64,000 nt of DNA from a virus (lineage: Duplodnaviria; Heunggongvirae; Uroviricota; Caudoviricetes). The DNA is taken from positions 31,934 to 95,933 of the IMG/VR virus record IMGVR_UViG_3300028591_000112. The stretch is one strand, 5' to 3'. The stretch's first letter is position 1. Each line of letters opens with the position of its first letter. This document shows, piece after piece, positions 14,130 to 25,459 of this stretch. The position numbers were made by a program, and so were the translations under genes. The notes under the pieces are model-generated. The model did no database searches, was not told where the DNA came from, and saw only the letters and a program-made list of their open reading frames with translations.

Positions 14130-17100
14130 ATGGCACAAGTTAGTTTTTATAAAATGCAAAATAGTGCATTATCTTCTTTCCCTATTAAAGAAGGACAAAT
14201 AATTTATGTTACAGATAGTAAAAGATTATATTTAGATAATGCTGCTAATTCAAGAATAGAAATGACTTCGTATAATTTAACTCAAGATAGTAATAATAAT
14301 CATATATTAATTTTTACAAAGCCAGATGGTACTACAGTTAGTTATACTATGCCAGATACATTATATAATGGCGGAGATCATATAATTATAGATGAAAATA
14401 ACAACATTGATTTAGATGAACAAACAACTGATAGAATTTATGGAGTAGCTACAAAAGAAGGTTCTGGAGAAACAGTTTCATTAGTAGATACAAGAGAAGC
14501 AAAAATGAAAGTTGGTTTAAAAGGTAATACAAGCCAAGAAACAACAACAGGGAAGAATTTGTTAGGTGTAAAAACTAATTTAAAAAAAACCACAACAAAT
14601 GGCATAACTTTTACTCCTGTGTTTAATTCAAGTAATTTATTAGAATATATTGAAGTTAGTGGTACTTGTACTGCTGCAACTACATATACAATATCAAATT
14701 CCGTTTCATTAACTGCAGATAGTTATCTATTAAGTGGATGTCCATCAGGTGGTGGTGCTAATACATATGGTTTAGAATTACGTGGAGGAGCATTCCCAAA
14801 AGATGTAGGCAGTGGTCGTTCATTTACTTTAACAAATGATTTCACATTTTGGGATTGTAGGATAACAATTGAAAAAGGTGCGACTTTATCTGCGTTAAAA
14901 TTTTATCCAATGCTAGTTCAAGGAACAACAGCTACTGACTACGAACCATACACAGGTGGGCAACCTTCACCTAACCCTTCATACCCTCAACCTATACAAG
15001 TAGTAAGTGGAGATAATACAATTGTTAGTACAGGGGTAAACCTATTAACATACCCTTATGTAGATACACCTAATAGTCCAAAGACTACCAATGGACTAAC
15101 TTGGACTGATAATGGAGATGGAACAATAAGTGTAAGTGGAACTGCAACAGGTTATAGTGATTTTGTATTATTCAATACTAACAAAAAATTAATGGTACAA
15201 CCAAATACAACTTATAATTTGAGTGGAATACCAAGTACGGCTTATCTAGTTTTTGATTTAAGTGAGTTCGATAGTGATAATGCTTTAATAGTTGTACACA
15301 ATAATATAAGAAACTCATCTTTTACAACTTCACCTAATGCAAGATGGCTACAAATAATAGCAAAAAGAAGTTCTAATAATCAAGCAACTGATACAATAAT
15401 AAAACCACAACTAGAATTAGGAAGCCAAGCTTCAACATTTGAACCATATACAGGAACATCTTATCAAGTAAATCTAGGTAATATAAAACTATGTAAAATA
15501 GGAGATTATCAAGATAAATTCTTTAAAGCAATAAATGGTAATACAATATACGATAGTTTAGATAGTACAATAAAAAATACTTTAGATTATGGTGAATGGT
15601 ATTTAGAAAAGAATATAGGTAAGGTTGTATTAGATGGTAGTGAAAGTGGATGGACTAAAAACCCTAGCATTACAACTACAAATGGTTATAGTAATAATGC
15701 TTTATTTCCATATAGAGTAAGTAATAGTGGAATATATTGTAATTATTTAAAACAAGTACTATCTTTAAGTGGTAATAAAACAGGCATATATAATGCAACT
15801 AATTGCAATTTCTTATTAGAAGGAACTGATTATGATACCGAAATAAAATTTAAAAATTGGTTAAGCACATATACACCAATAGTTTATTATCAAATGTCAA
15901 CACCAACATATACAAAAATAGAAGGTACACTAGCAAGTCAATTAAATGCAATAGAATATGCTATGTCTTATAACGGACAAACAAACATAACACAAGTAAA
16001 CAATGATAAACCATTTATAATAGATGCAAGTGCAATAGCAGGACTTAGTTTAAATAGTTTAGAAGAAGAAATAAATAGAATGGATTATATTTCTCAATCT
16101 GAAAAAGCTGCACCTAATGGTGTTGCTGAGCTAGATGACCATGGAATTATCTTATCTTCTCAATTACCTAGTTATGTAGATGATGTATTAGAATTTGCTG
16201 ATATGGCGTCTTTTCCAGCTCAGGGAGAAAATGGTAAGATTTATGTAGCGTTAGATACAAATTTAACATACAGATGAAGTGGAAGTGCTTATGTTGAGAT
16301 AAGTAAAAGTTTAGCACTAGGTGAAACTAGCTCAACTGCCTATCGCGGAGATAGAGGCGCTGCCGCATATAAACATGCAGTTACTAATAAAGGAAGTGCT
16401 TTTGCAAGTAATCTTTATAAAATTACTACTAATAGCGAAGGTCATGTAACAGCTGCGACTGCTGCAGTAAAATCAGACATAATTAATTTAGGAATCCCTG
16501 GCACTGCAAGTAACGGAGTAAAAATAAATGAAACAGATATCCAATTAGATGATAATGTTAATAATTTACTTTATGGAAATGAAGAAGTTATTGCAACTGA
16601 TGTTGAAAATGCTAGTTTAAATAATACATTACAAGGAAAATTAAATATAGAATTAAAAGGTAATACATATCAAGAAACAACATCAATAAGTGGTGGAGAT
16701 GAATATGATAGTCCAAGTCCTGACCACCCACAACCTATACAAGTAGTAAGTGGAGATAATGAGGTTGTTGTATGTGGGAAGAATTTATTAGATGTAAATA
16801 ACAATTTAATAAGTAGTATTCAAGGGTTAAGTTTTGTTGCAAATAATAATGGCTCATTTAGTTATAGTGGCACTTTAGAAAGTCATACTTGGGTTAATTT
16901 TATGAATAATGTTGGTACATTCATAAAAGCAGGTGAATATACAATATCAATAAGTAATTCTTTAAATTTTAATCTTGTTTGGTATTTTCAATACGAAGAT
17001 GGAACTAACAATACTTTCAGTATAACATCGGGCGATACATCAAGGACTATAACACTACAAAAAAATGTTGTTAGACATAGAGTAGGCTTTACATTTATGA

Positions 17101-18356
17101 CAATAGGTACAACATATAATGGTACATTAAAAATAATGCTTGAAAAAGGTTCAATTGCAACCTCATACCAACCATATCAAGAGCAAAAATATCCAATAAA
17201 TTTAGGTGTAGAGAATTTATTTGATAAAAATAATGCTAACGTATTAAATGCTTATTTATCAGGTTATAAAATTCTTGGTTATGCAACAAATCAAACTATA
17301 TATATACCAATAATAGGAGGTACAACTTATACTGTAACTAAAAAAGTTGGTGTAACAAATTTATCTCTTGCTTATACAACCACAACACCAACTATTGAGG
17401 GTGAAACTCTTGGAACTATAACAGCTACAAGCAAAACATATACAACTACTTCACCTATTAATGCTACGTTCTTATGTGTATTTGTAAGAAAAGATAGTGA
17501 TAGTGATTATACATTAGAAGAAATATTAGAAGGTTTAGAAATAGTTAAAGGTGATAAAGCACAACAAGTAAGTGATAACCCAATAGAACTATGTAATATA
17601 CCTAATACAAATTATCAAGATAAATTCTTTAAAGCAATAAATGGTAATACAATATACGATAATTTAGATAGTACAATAAAAAATACTTTAGATTATGGTA
17701 AATGGTATTTAGAAAAGAATATAGGTAAGGCTGTGTTAGATGGTAGTGAAAATTGGGTATATCCAACACAAATAGGAAGTAGTACATATTATAGATACGA
17801 AAATCAAAATTTTAGAAATAACGATTGTATGGTACATAGTCAATATTTAAGTGATAATTTTAAATACAATGGTACAACAGGACAAGTAGAACAAAATGTA
17901 ATCACAAATACTTCTGGTGCAAACACTAATAGATTATGGATAACAATAAATACATCTTTAACGAGTGGAACTACTGAAAATGATTTCAAAATTTGGTTAT
18001 CAACACATAATACAAATATCTATTATGTTTTAGAAACACCAACTTATACAAAAATAGAAGGTACACTAGCAAGTCAATTAGAAGATGTATGGAGAGCAAA
18101 TACATACGATAATCAAACTAACGTAAGTCAAGTAAATAATGATTTACCATTTATTTTAGATGTTTCAGCTCCAACATATACTATAAATGGAATGAATAAA
18201 GAATATGCACATAAAGAAGATGCAATTAATAAAGTAACCTCTATTTCAGATTCTTCTACAGATACTCAATATCCTAGTGCTAAATGTGTATATGATTTAG
18301 TTGGTAATGTAGAGACTATTCTAGAAACATTAGATATAGGAAATGGGGTATCATAA
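14130..18356 (+). CDS. tail fibre protein 1 (1408 aa) carrying two tandem receptor-binding cassettes
   Basis: Strong RBS aaaaaggaggaataaaaATG. ORF-track fragments 14130-16277 and 16902-18356 are the same frame, joined via TGA at 16275 with no TAA/TAG between them; TAA at 18354-18356. Internal duplication of a ~450-aa module (PNPSYPQPIQVVSGDN ... LCKIGDYQDKFFKAINGNTIYD ... QVNNDKPFI). Confidence 0.65.
15507..15624 (+). repeat. near-identical ~118-nt repeat inside the fibre genes (second copy 17613-17730)
   Basis: tatcaagataaattctttaaagcaataaatggtaatacaatatacgata...ttagatagtacaataaaaaatactttagattatggt...aatggtatttagaaaagaatataggtaagg occurs twice with about 3 mismatches. Confidence 0.8.
15975..16027 (+). 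repeat. 53-nt exact repeat at the fibre cassette C-termini (second copy 19985-20037)
   Basis: ggacaaacaaacataacacaagtaaacaatgataaaccatttataatagatgc is identical in fibre 1 and fibre 2. A related copy at about 18110-18165 encodes QVNNDLPFILD. Confidence 0.8.
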
Positions 18357-20068
18357 TGAGTATAGCAAATAAAATTGAAAATATAGAAACACATTTAACT
18401 GATAATTATTCAGTTTTAACATTAGCGGGAGCTGATTTAACTGATATAAATAAAAATCTTTATAATTTAAAACCTGAATGAAAAAAAAGATTATTATATT
18501 TTATGAATAATGGAACTCAAGATGTTTGAGATAATTGAGAAAAAGTAACTGGATCTGGTGAAGCTTTAACACTAAATAACGTTGTTGAAGCTCCACTAAA
18601 GCTGGTTTTAAATGGTAATACTAGTCAAGTAAGTTATACAGGAAAGAATTTATTTTCTACAAATTATAGCGATTATGATACAACAACTGATACTTATGGT
18701 TTTAGAAAGATAGTAGATGAAATACCAAGCGGTAAATATCTAGTTTTGTCTTTAATAGATAATGACACATCAGTATCTTTATCATCAAGTTTTTATTTAA
18801 TGCTAACAACTGATGGAACATTTAGTAGTGAAACTAAAAAAATGCCTATTGCACGTGGAAATAAGAGCTTAAATGAAAGTTATTTTTATACCAATGAATT
18901 AAAGTATATTAGTTTTTACCCTAAAGATGAAGAAACATTTAATAAATTATTTCAAAGATATAAAGTACAATACGAGTTAGTTGATAATACTACTCCTACC
19001 AACTATGAACCATATTGTGGTGGAACTGCATCACCTAATCCTTCATATCCACAACCTATACACGTAGCAAGTGGAGATAATAGTGTTGTAGTATGTGGGG
19101 GAAATATATACAACTACGATAATAACACAAACTTATCTAATTATTATCTTAATAATCAAGGTGTGTTTCAACAAGAAATAACACCAAGTTATACTTTTAT
19201 AAACGAAAAAATAAATATAACTTCAAAAACAATATCAATTTATATAGGTGCAAAAACAGGAACACCAAATATTAGATTAGGACAATTTAAAAGTGATGGG
19301 ACATTTATTAGTAGAACATTAATAAATACATCCACAAATAACATAACTTTAGATAGTAATTGTGATTATATTTGGTTATCAACAGACAAATATAGTACTA
19401 CACAATTTACAAATATATCAGTAATATATGGTAATTCAATATCATCTTACGAACCATATCAAAGTCAAACCTATCCTATATCACTAGGAACACTAGAACT
19501 ATGTAAAATAGGGGATTATCAAGACTATATCTATAAAAACATACCAACTGCTACTGACTACTCTAGTGATAGAGAATTAGGTGCTTGGTATTTAAAGAAG
19601 AATACAGGTAAGGTTGTATTAGATGGTAGTGAAGATGACTGGTCTAGTGAAGAAGCATATACAGGATATTATCGTTTTAAAGTTGCACGTATATTGCCAC
19701 TTCTTACAAGAGGAAATGATGGTTTTAATAATAGGTTTACACAAAGAGTAAGCCAACCACACGGAGATTACCAATACTTATATTTACAATCAAATAATGG
19801 GTATATACATATACAAATATTACAATCATTACTAACAAATGGTGATGTAAACACATTTAAAACTTGGTTAAGTACACATAACACAATAGTATATTATGTC
19901 CTAGCAACACCAACAATAACTGAAATAACTGATACTACATTAATAAATCAACTTAACGATATAGAATATGCTATGAGTAAAAAAGGACAAACAAACATAA
20001 CACAAGTAAACAATGATAAACCATTTATAATAGATGCTTGAGCATTATTAGACGATATTGATTCTTAA
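18356..20068 (+). CDS. tail fibre protein 2 (570 aa) with a third copy of the receptor-binding cassette
   Basis: ATG at 18356 overlaps the upstream TAA (taATG). The frame runs through TGA codons to TAA at 20066-20068. Shares PNPSYPQPIHVASGDN, LCKIGDYQD and the C-terminal QVNNDKPFIIDA module with fibre 1. Confidence 0.6.
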
Positions 20069-20192
20069 CGATGGTCGGTTTGATATTTTTAAATATTTTA
20101 AAAATGTATAAACTAAGTTTCTAACATTTAACAAAAAATTTTATAACTTTGGGAAAATTTTAATAATTTATTTAAAATAAATTTCATATATC

Positions 20193-20223
20193 TATGAAAG
20201 AAAAGAAAAACTCTTCTTTCATG
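20193..20223 (+). other. perfect 10-bp stem hairpin in the intergenic region downstream of the fibre genes
   Basis: catgaaagaa aagaaaaactct tctttcatg. Confidence 0.4.
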
Positions 20224-20262
20224 GAAATGGATTGAATAAAAATAATTACAAATAATATTTTA

Positions 20263-20307
20263 TTGCGTAATAAGAATAATTCATTTCTTATTACGCAATT
20301 TTTTTTA
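20263..20307 (+). terminator. strong rho-independent terminator
   Basis: 15-bp stem attgcgtaataagaa / ttcttattacgcaat with loop taattcat, followed by tttttttt. Confidence 0.6.
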
Positions 20308-20327
20308 TGGAAAGGAGAAAGATAAAA

Positions 20328-20774
20328 ATGCCATATGGTAATCCAAATTTTATGAATCAATTATATAGACAAAAGGAAAATATTGAAAATATGATAAATC
20401 AATATACTGCCCCACAAGCTCCAGTACAAAATATTATTAATACAAGCGGAAATAGTGATATTGATTTAAAAATATTAAAAAATAATGAAGATATTTCTAA
20501 TATTCTTGTAACTAAAAAAACTATATTTATAGATGAAAATAACTGTAAAATAGCTATAAAAGAAACAGATGGAACATTATCAAAAGTATATGATATTATT
20601 ATTCCTAAGGATGAAAAAGATATAAGAATAGAAGAATTAGAAAATAAGGTAAGGGAATTGGAGGAAAGGGTAAATGATCAATCTACAAGGACTGCTATCA
20701 CAAGTAATGATGTCAAATCAGCCACAACAAGCGCTACTAAGTCTGCTAAACCCGCAACAATTACAGGTTTTTAA
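20328..20774 (+). CDS. hypothetical protein with coiled-coil C-terminal half
   Basis: RBS ggaaaggagaaagataaaaATG. 148 aa (MPYGNPNF...). No recognisable domain. Confidence 0.4.
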   Translation: MPYGNPNFMNQLYRQKENIENMINQYTAPQAPVQNIINTSGNSDIDLKILKNNEDISNILVTKKTIFIDENNCKIAIKETDGTLSKVYDIIIPKDEKDIRIEELENKVRELEERVNDQSTRTAITSNDVKSATTSATKSAKPATITGF

Positions 20775-20898
20775 TCAAATTAATAATCAACCAAATCAAA
20801 AACAGGCTGAAGCTATTGCGCAAATGTGTAATCAAAAAGGTATAACAAAAGAACAATTTGTTCAAATGGTTAATTTAATTAATGGTAATAAAAACTAG
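20674..20898 (+). CDS. hypothetical Q-rich small protein overlapping the 3' end of the upstream gene in another frame
   Basis: Its own RBS ttggaggaaagggtaaATG. 74 aa. Either a real overlapping gene or the downstream part of a frameshift product. Confidence 0.3.
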   Translation: MINLQGLLSQVMMSNQPQQALLSLLNPQQLQVFNQINNQPNQKQAEAIAQMCNQKGITKEQFVQMVNLINGNKN

Positions 20899-20952
20899 AA
20901 ATAGTTTTTTATTATATAAATATATTATAATTTAGAGAAAGGGAGGAAACAT

Positions 20953-21525
20953 ATGAACGATAGTACTGGAATGTCAGCTGCTGATGTTTTAGCATTAACA
21001 AGAAATAATGATGGTGGATTATTTGGTGGTTCAATGGGTATTTTCTCATTAATCATTATTTTTATCTTATTATTTGGCGGAAATGGTGGTTTCTGGGGTA
21101 ATGGTACTGCTACAGCTTTAGGTCAAAGTGATTTACAAAATAGTTTATATTTTCAAAGTCAAGACAATGCGATTAGAAGCTTAGCTCAAGGTCAATGCGC
21201 AATTACTGATACTGTTTTAACTAACAATTATAACAATTTAGTTGCTATGAAAGATATTCAACAACAAGTAAGTAATTCAATTGCCGCAATTGGAAATTTA
21301 GTAACAACTGAAAATGCCGCTACAAGACAAATGATTCAAGATAATTATATTAGAGAATTAAGTGATAAACTTCAAACTACTAGAGATGCATTATCTAATG
21401 CTAATCAAACTGCTGTATTAACTGCAGCTGTACAAAATTCTACTGACACAATCTTAAATTCACAAGGTAGATATGTATTAAATCCACCTTGCTATACTGG
21501 TTGTGGATGTGGATCTTTATACTAA
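20953..21525 (+). CDS. hypothetical membrane protein
   Basis: RBS aaagggaggaaacatATG. One strongly hydrophobic helix (IFSLIIIFILLFGG). C-terminal CYTGCGCGSLY. Confidence 0.45.
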   Translation: MNDSTGMSAADVLALTRNNDGGLFGGSMGIFSLIIIFILLFGGNGGFWGNGTATALGQSDLQNSLYFQSQDNAIRSLAQGQCAITDTVLTNNYNNLVAMKDIQQQVSNSIAAIGNLVTTENAATRQMIQDNYIRELSDKLQTTRDALSNANQTAVLTAAVQNSTDTILNSQGRYVLNPPCYTGCGCGSLY

Positions 21526-21557
21526 TTAATAATTCCTTGCTCTAGGCAAGTTGACAT

Positions 21558-21587
21558 AGAGGAGGGAATACCTCCTCTTTTTATTTT
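21558..21587 (+). terminator. rho-independent terminator
   Basis: agaggagg gaata cctcctct followed by ttttatttt. Confidence 0.5.
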
Positions 21588-21600
21588 AAGGAAAGGAGAA

Positions 21601-21966
21601 ATGATAATGAATTGTAGTTGTAATACAATGTATTGTTCAAGTGCAACAACAGATGATACCTATGTTAGATTAATTCCAAATATGAATGTAAAAACTTTAA
21701 CAAATACAGATACTTATGGTCTTGTAATTTGCAGCAATGCAGGGGCAACCGCTAATAGACCAGTATTAATTACTACTGATTTAGGGGACATACCTGTTTT
21801 ATGTAAAGCTGGTAATACTGTTTATGCAAATCAATTAAATACAAGAGTAAGATATTCTGTAATGTATGGTAATGAAAATGAAGATTATGAAAATGGACAA
21901 TTTGTTATTCAAAATTGCATAAATCCTAGAAGCGCAATTAGTGCAATTCCGCCACAAAGTATTTAG
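21601..21966 (+). CDS. hypothetical Cys-containing protein (121 aa)
   Basis: RBS aaggaaaggagaaATG. No recognisable domain. Confidence 0.4.
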   Translation: MIMNCSCNTMYCSSATTDDTYVRLIPNMNVKTLTNTDTYGLVICSNAGATANRPVLITTDLGDIPVLCKAGNTVYANQLNTRVRYSVMYGNENEDYENGQFVIQNCINPRSAISAIPPQSI

Positions 21967-21969
21967 AAT

Positions 21970-22188
21970 ATGGATAATCAAAGAAATATAAGTGCATTAG
22001 ATTTAATGACTATTTTATTATCATATATATCATTACATTCATATGAAGAAAATGAATCTCAAAGTAAAAAACTAGATACAATTATTTTTGATATGGAAAA
22101 TAAATTAGAATATCAAAATAGATTGTTAAATTGAATTTTAAGGAAGGTGGAGAAGATTGAAGATGGAATACAAGAATTATATAAATAA
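21970..22188 (+). CDS. hypothetical small protein (72 aa)
   Basis: ATG at 21970. The frame reads through TGA (NRLLNW) to TAA at 22186-22188. Overlaps the start of the next gene. Confidence 0.3.
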
Positions 22189-22600
22189 AATCTTAAATTC
22201 AGGAGATAAGGAAAAAATTGAAGAATTATCTGAGTATATGAATTATATTATAGATATGGTTGGAGAGAGAGAAAGAGAAAAAGTGGAAGAAAAATTATAT
22301 GAAATTGCGGAAGGCAAAGTTTTAAATGAAGATATGGCTAGAGAAATAATTGAAAAAATGACTCCAATTGGAATGAAATGAAAATTAGAAGAAACTGAAA
22401 CTGTTAGAAATGCTTATAATTATTCTGATATTAGACCTGTTGATTTTTGAATAGTTATGAATTCTGCAGCAAATGATTATGAAGATTTATTTAAAGATAA
22501 TGTAGAATGATATGCTAAATTTAGTAAAGATTTTATTAAAGATGAAGATGCTATTGATGAAAAAGTATATTGTTATTTCATGAAGATACCAAAAAGATAG
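22163..22600 (+). CDS. hypothetical acidic protein (145 aa)
   Basis: RBS aaggaaggtggag before ATG 22163. Reads through three TGA codons to TAG at 22598-22600. Confidence 0.4.
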
Positions 22601-22632
22601 TAAATAATTTTACTATCTTTTATTTTTATTTG
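22595..22632 (+). terminator. rho-independent terminator
   Basis: agatagta aataatt tactatct followed by tttatttttattt. Confidence 0.45.
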
Positions 22633-22723
22633 GACAAAATATAATCTTTTATTTAAATTAATTTTAATAAATATAAGAAGAACAAAAATGAAAATAAAAG
22701 GAGGAATTGAAAATATGAATTGA

Positions 22724-23392
22724 ACAGAATTAGGTCAGTTTATTGGCAATTTAATTGTTATGTGTTTTGTTATTTATACAACAATTAAAGCAGGAATAAA
22801 AAAATATGGAAATTCAATTATATTTAATCAAGATAATAAAAAAACAGATGTTATGGAACATAATAAAACCAATTTACAAATACAAGAAAGATTAGACAAT
22901 ATAAGAGAATTATTAAATGCGGATTCTGCAAGAGTTCATTTAATTCATAATGGTTCACATTATTTATCTGGAGTTTCTTCCTTAAAAGTTAATTGTGCAT
23001 GAGAAGCGCTAAAATATGGTATAAAATCATATCAAATAATGTTAAATGAAGTGCCAGTTACAATATCTGCTGCATTCATTGAAAAACTTTGAGAAAAAAC
23101 TCTTATCAATTGTCCTGATTTAGAACATTGTATAAATTTACCAGAAAATATATATAAATTAGCTCCTTTTGCATCTATTGAAAAAGCAATAGGTAATCAA
23201 GCATTGTCTGCAATTTTATTATATGATGATGATCGTTCCCCAATAGGCTTTATTACTATTGGATATGAAAATAAAGATTCATTTATTGAAAATAATGCAG
23301 AATTATATAAATTAGCAACTTTTATAGAAGATAAATTACATGATTTAGTGGTTATAGACCAAGATACAAAAAAGAAAACAAAGAGTAGATAA
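22724..23392 (+). CDS. hypothetical membrane protein (222 aa), possible GAF-like fold
   Basis: RBS aaaaggagg before ATG 22724. N-terminal TM helix (FIGNLIVMCFVIYTTI). Three TGA codons read through. TAA at 23390-23392. Confidence 0.4.
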
Positions 23393-23490
23393 TACTACTC
23401 TTCTTTTATTATGGGCAAAAATAGATAAAACAAATTTTGTAAAATTTATATATTTATAGAAAGATTTCGAGATAAAAGGAGATGAAAAAT

Positions 23491-25458
23491 ATGGCTGTAA
23501 CAATAAATTTATACCCGCCAATAACTGAAACATATGCTCCTGCTTTTTTAATTGGCTCAAGCAATATTAATAATAATAAATGTAAAATATATTTTACAAT
23601 GTCAATGTTTAATGATTTAAGCGAAGTAAAAAATATTCAAGTAGCAGTTAGAAATGCATCAACTAATGTATCAGCATTAAATCCGGATTTGTATCCAAGT
23701 GAAATTAAATTAACAACAGCATTACAAGATGCTGATGGTAATTTTTATATAGAGATTAATCCTGCAGATATAATAAATGAGCAATTTATAATAGACCAAT
23801 ATTATAAGGTACAATTAAGATTTACTAGTACAGATGCATCAAATCCGCCAGCATATGAAGTTCAAGCAATAGATAGTTGGTTAAATGCAAATCAAGCATA
23901 TTTTAGTGAATGGTCAAAAGTAACTATTGCAAGAGGAATTTCAGTACCAACTATTTCATTAAGAGATTATACTGAAGGAGCAACAACAGAAATCTATTCT
24001 ACTATTGCAAACACTCAAGTGGTAGGAAAATTATTATTTGCAGATGAAAATGAAACAGAAGTATTAAAACAGTATAGAGTTATTTTATACGATGATTTAG
24101 ACCGCGAATTAATAGATAGCGGAATTATTTATACAGATATTAATGAATTTGATTATACTTTTAATTATCTAATGCAAGAGGAACATATATATTCTTTTAC
24201 ATTAGAATATACAACACAAAATTTATTTACAGGTAGAGCAACATATTATATTGAGGTTCTTCCTTCGACAGAAACTAACCCTAATATCGCAATAACTGCG
24301 GCAATGGAAGAAGAAAATGCTAGAGCTAGCATAAACATTTCTCGAGCTGCCGCCGCAGGTAGTTATACAGGTCAAGTAGTTATTCGTAGAACAGATAGTA
24401 AATCTAATTTTACTATATATGATGATATGCAAACATGGACTTTAGATAATGTTAGTTCTATTAATATAGATTGATATGATTATACTATTGAAAGTGGTAT
24501 ATGATATAAATATGCAGTTCAAGGTATTACTACATCAGGTAATCGTATGCCTATGACAGAAATAGCTAATCCTATTATGGTTATATTTGACCATGCTTAT
24601 TTAACTATTGCAGATAAACAATTAAAAATAAAATTTAATCCTTCAATATCTAGTTTTAGAAAAACAATTAGTGATACTAAAATAGATACAATAGGAAGTA
24701 AATATCCTATTATTAAAAGAAATGGATATATGGACTATGCTCAATTTCCTATTAGTGGCTTAATTGCAACAGCAATGGATGAAGATGGTTTATTTGAAAC
24801 AAAAGATAGTTTATATGGTGAAAATAAAACTTTATATGCTAATTATAATACAACTGCGGAAATACCTGATTATAGAGATTTAGTATATGAAAAATTCTTT
24901 AGAGATAAAGTTATTAATTTCTTATATTCAGATGAGGCTAAATTATATCGTAGTCCAACTGAAGGAAATATTTTAATTAGATTAACAGATATTCAATTTC
25001 AACCTAATCAAACTCTAGGTAGAAGACTATGGAGTTTTAGCGGCAATGCTTATGAAATTGATGAATGTAGTTTAAATAATTATGAAAAATATGGTATTAT
25101 AGAAAAAGAAAAAACATTGAATACTATTACAAGTATTTATACTCCTATAAAAAGAATTGTTATTATTAATAATGTAGATGAGTTCCCTGCAGAAGGCAAA
25201 ACAGATGTTTTATATATTTATGATAAACAATTATATATTTGGAACTCAACAAGTAATAAGTATATATTAATTTCAGTTCCTTATTGGAATGAAACTTTAG
25301 CAGATCCAGAAATTACACCTGCTCAAGTAAGTACATTATCAAGAAACTTATTATATACAAATGGAACATCATTATTACAATGGAACAGTAATACTGATGA
25401 TTTAGATTTAATATCTGAACCTGAATATAATACAGATTACTTAGATGGAGCTGAGTAG
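23491..25458 (+). CDS. putative virion structural (baseplate/tail-associated) protein, 655 aa
   Basis: RBS aaaaggagatgaaaaatATG. Fragments 23482-24474 and 24547-25458 are in one frame joined by TGA codons; TAG at 25456-25458. Large, N/T-rich, located in the late module. Confidence 0.4.
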
Positions 25459-25459
25459 T

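Noticed and set aside
14130-20068. Diversity-generating retroelement acting on the repeated fibre cassettes.
   Set aside because: No reverse transcriptase or template-repeat/variable-repeat pair with adenine-specific mismatches is present. The repeats are exact protein-coding duplications, consistent with recombination.
20069-20327. tRNA or small RNA gene in the 260-nt intergenic region; tRNA and CRISPR were also looked for across the window.
   Set aside because: No cloverleaf-compatible sequence with a T-loop GTTCRA motif and acceptor pairing. The only GGTTCGA match (about 51084) is inside dnaB coding sequence. No direct-repeat and spacer arrays. The hairpins here are better explained as a terminator and a regulatory stem.
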